Source: an uncultured Chlorobiaceae bacterium
GTDB lineage: Bacteria; Bacteroidota; Ignavibacteria; UBA10030; SZUA-254
DNA: 36,214 bases
Assembly (NCBI GenBank): GCA_964354485.1
Contig: CAYGZY010000044.1
Span: 1 to 36,214, forward strand
Direction of reading: 5' to 3'
Shown: positions 36,185-36,214 of the stretch, in pieces
How the letters are laid out: every line of letters begins with the position of its first letter
Position numbering within the stretch: the stretch's first letter is position 1
Translations under genes and position numbers: made by a program
Notes under the pieces: model-generated
The model's database searches: none
What the model was told of the DNA's origin: nothing
The model's input: only the letters and a program-made list of their open reading frames with translations

Positions 36185-36214
36185 CAGACACGCCGGAGAC
36201 TTTCCCCTGAGGAG

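Noticed and set aside
1-36214. Search for CRISPR arrays, IS/transposon ends, integrases, toxin-antitoxin pairs, restriction or other defence genes, rRNA/tRNA
   Set aside because: I found no direct-repeat arrays, no transposase or integrase-like ORFs, and no long terminal inverted repeats. Every ORF longer than 150 aa is accounted for by the calls above.

Overview
Gene-dense (about 90% coding) chromosomal segment of a diderm, LPS-making bacterium. The gene content (GWxTD protein, DUF3108, short Omp85 paralogue, PPDK, lpxB/lpxK, GT9) suggests an FCB-group lineage such as Ignavibacteria, Chlorobi or Bacteroidota; this is inference only. I call 31 CDS, 28 on the minus strand and 3 on the plus strand, in three blocks. 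(i) 1-12248 is a tightly packed minus-strand run: cstA (truncated by the window edge), then yraN, rnhB, Omp85-like, GWxTD, rimO, cdsA, CPBP protease, DHS-like, DUF3108 and GT9 (gaps 0-27 nt or overlapping), then a small orphan ORF with its own promoter. (ii) dnaG (minus) diverges from a plus-strand two-component island: a six-PAS HisKA_3 kinase, a NarL-type regulator and a stand-alone receiver. (iii) 19283-36184 is a minus-strand run of housekeeping genes (recG, gpsA, plsY, ispD, queA, ppdK, lpxK, lpxB) with a few accessory-looking genes. I saw no rRNA, tRNA, CRISPR array, transposase/integrase, prophage or recognisable defence genes, and most of the window is ordinary core genome. The best candidate for something undescribed is a four-gene operon at 19283-23269: two tandem Ddl-like ATP-grasp ligases, a GNAT and a KamA-family aminomutase behind a near-consensus promoter. 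It looks like a pathway for an uncharacterised beta-lysine-derived conjugate. Second is the 350-bp dnaG-downstream spacer (12249-12615). It carries four copies of one complementary 7-8 nt arm in an attenuator-like 1-2-3-4 layout, with oppositely oriented intrinsic terminators at its two ends. Several ORF-track starts are TTG/GTG codons or over-extended N-termini, and I give adjusted starts where the sequence supports them. All functional calls rest on motif recognition from memory; no searches were run.
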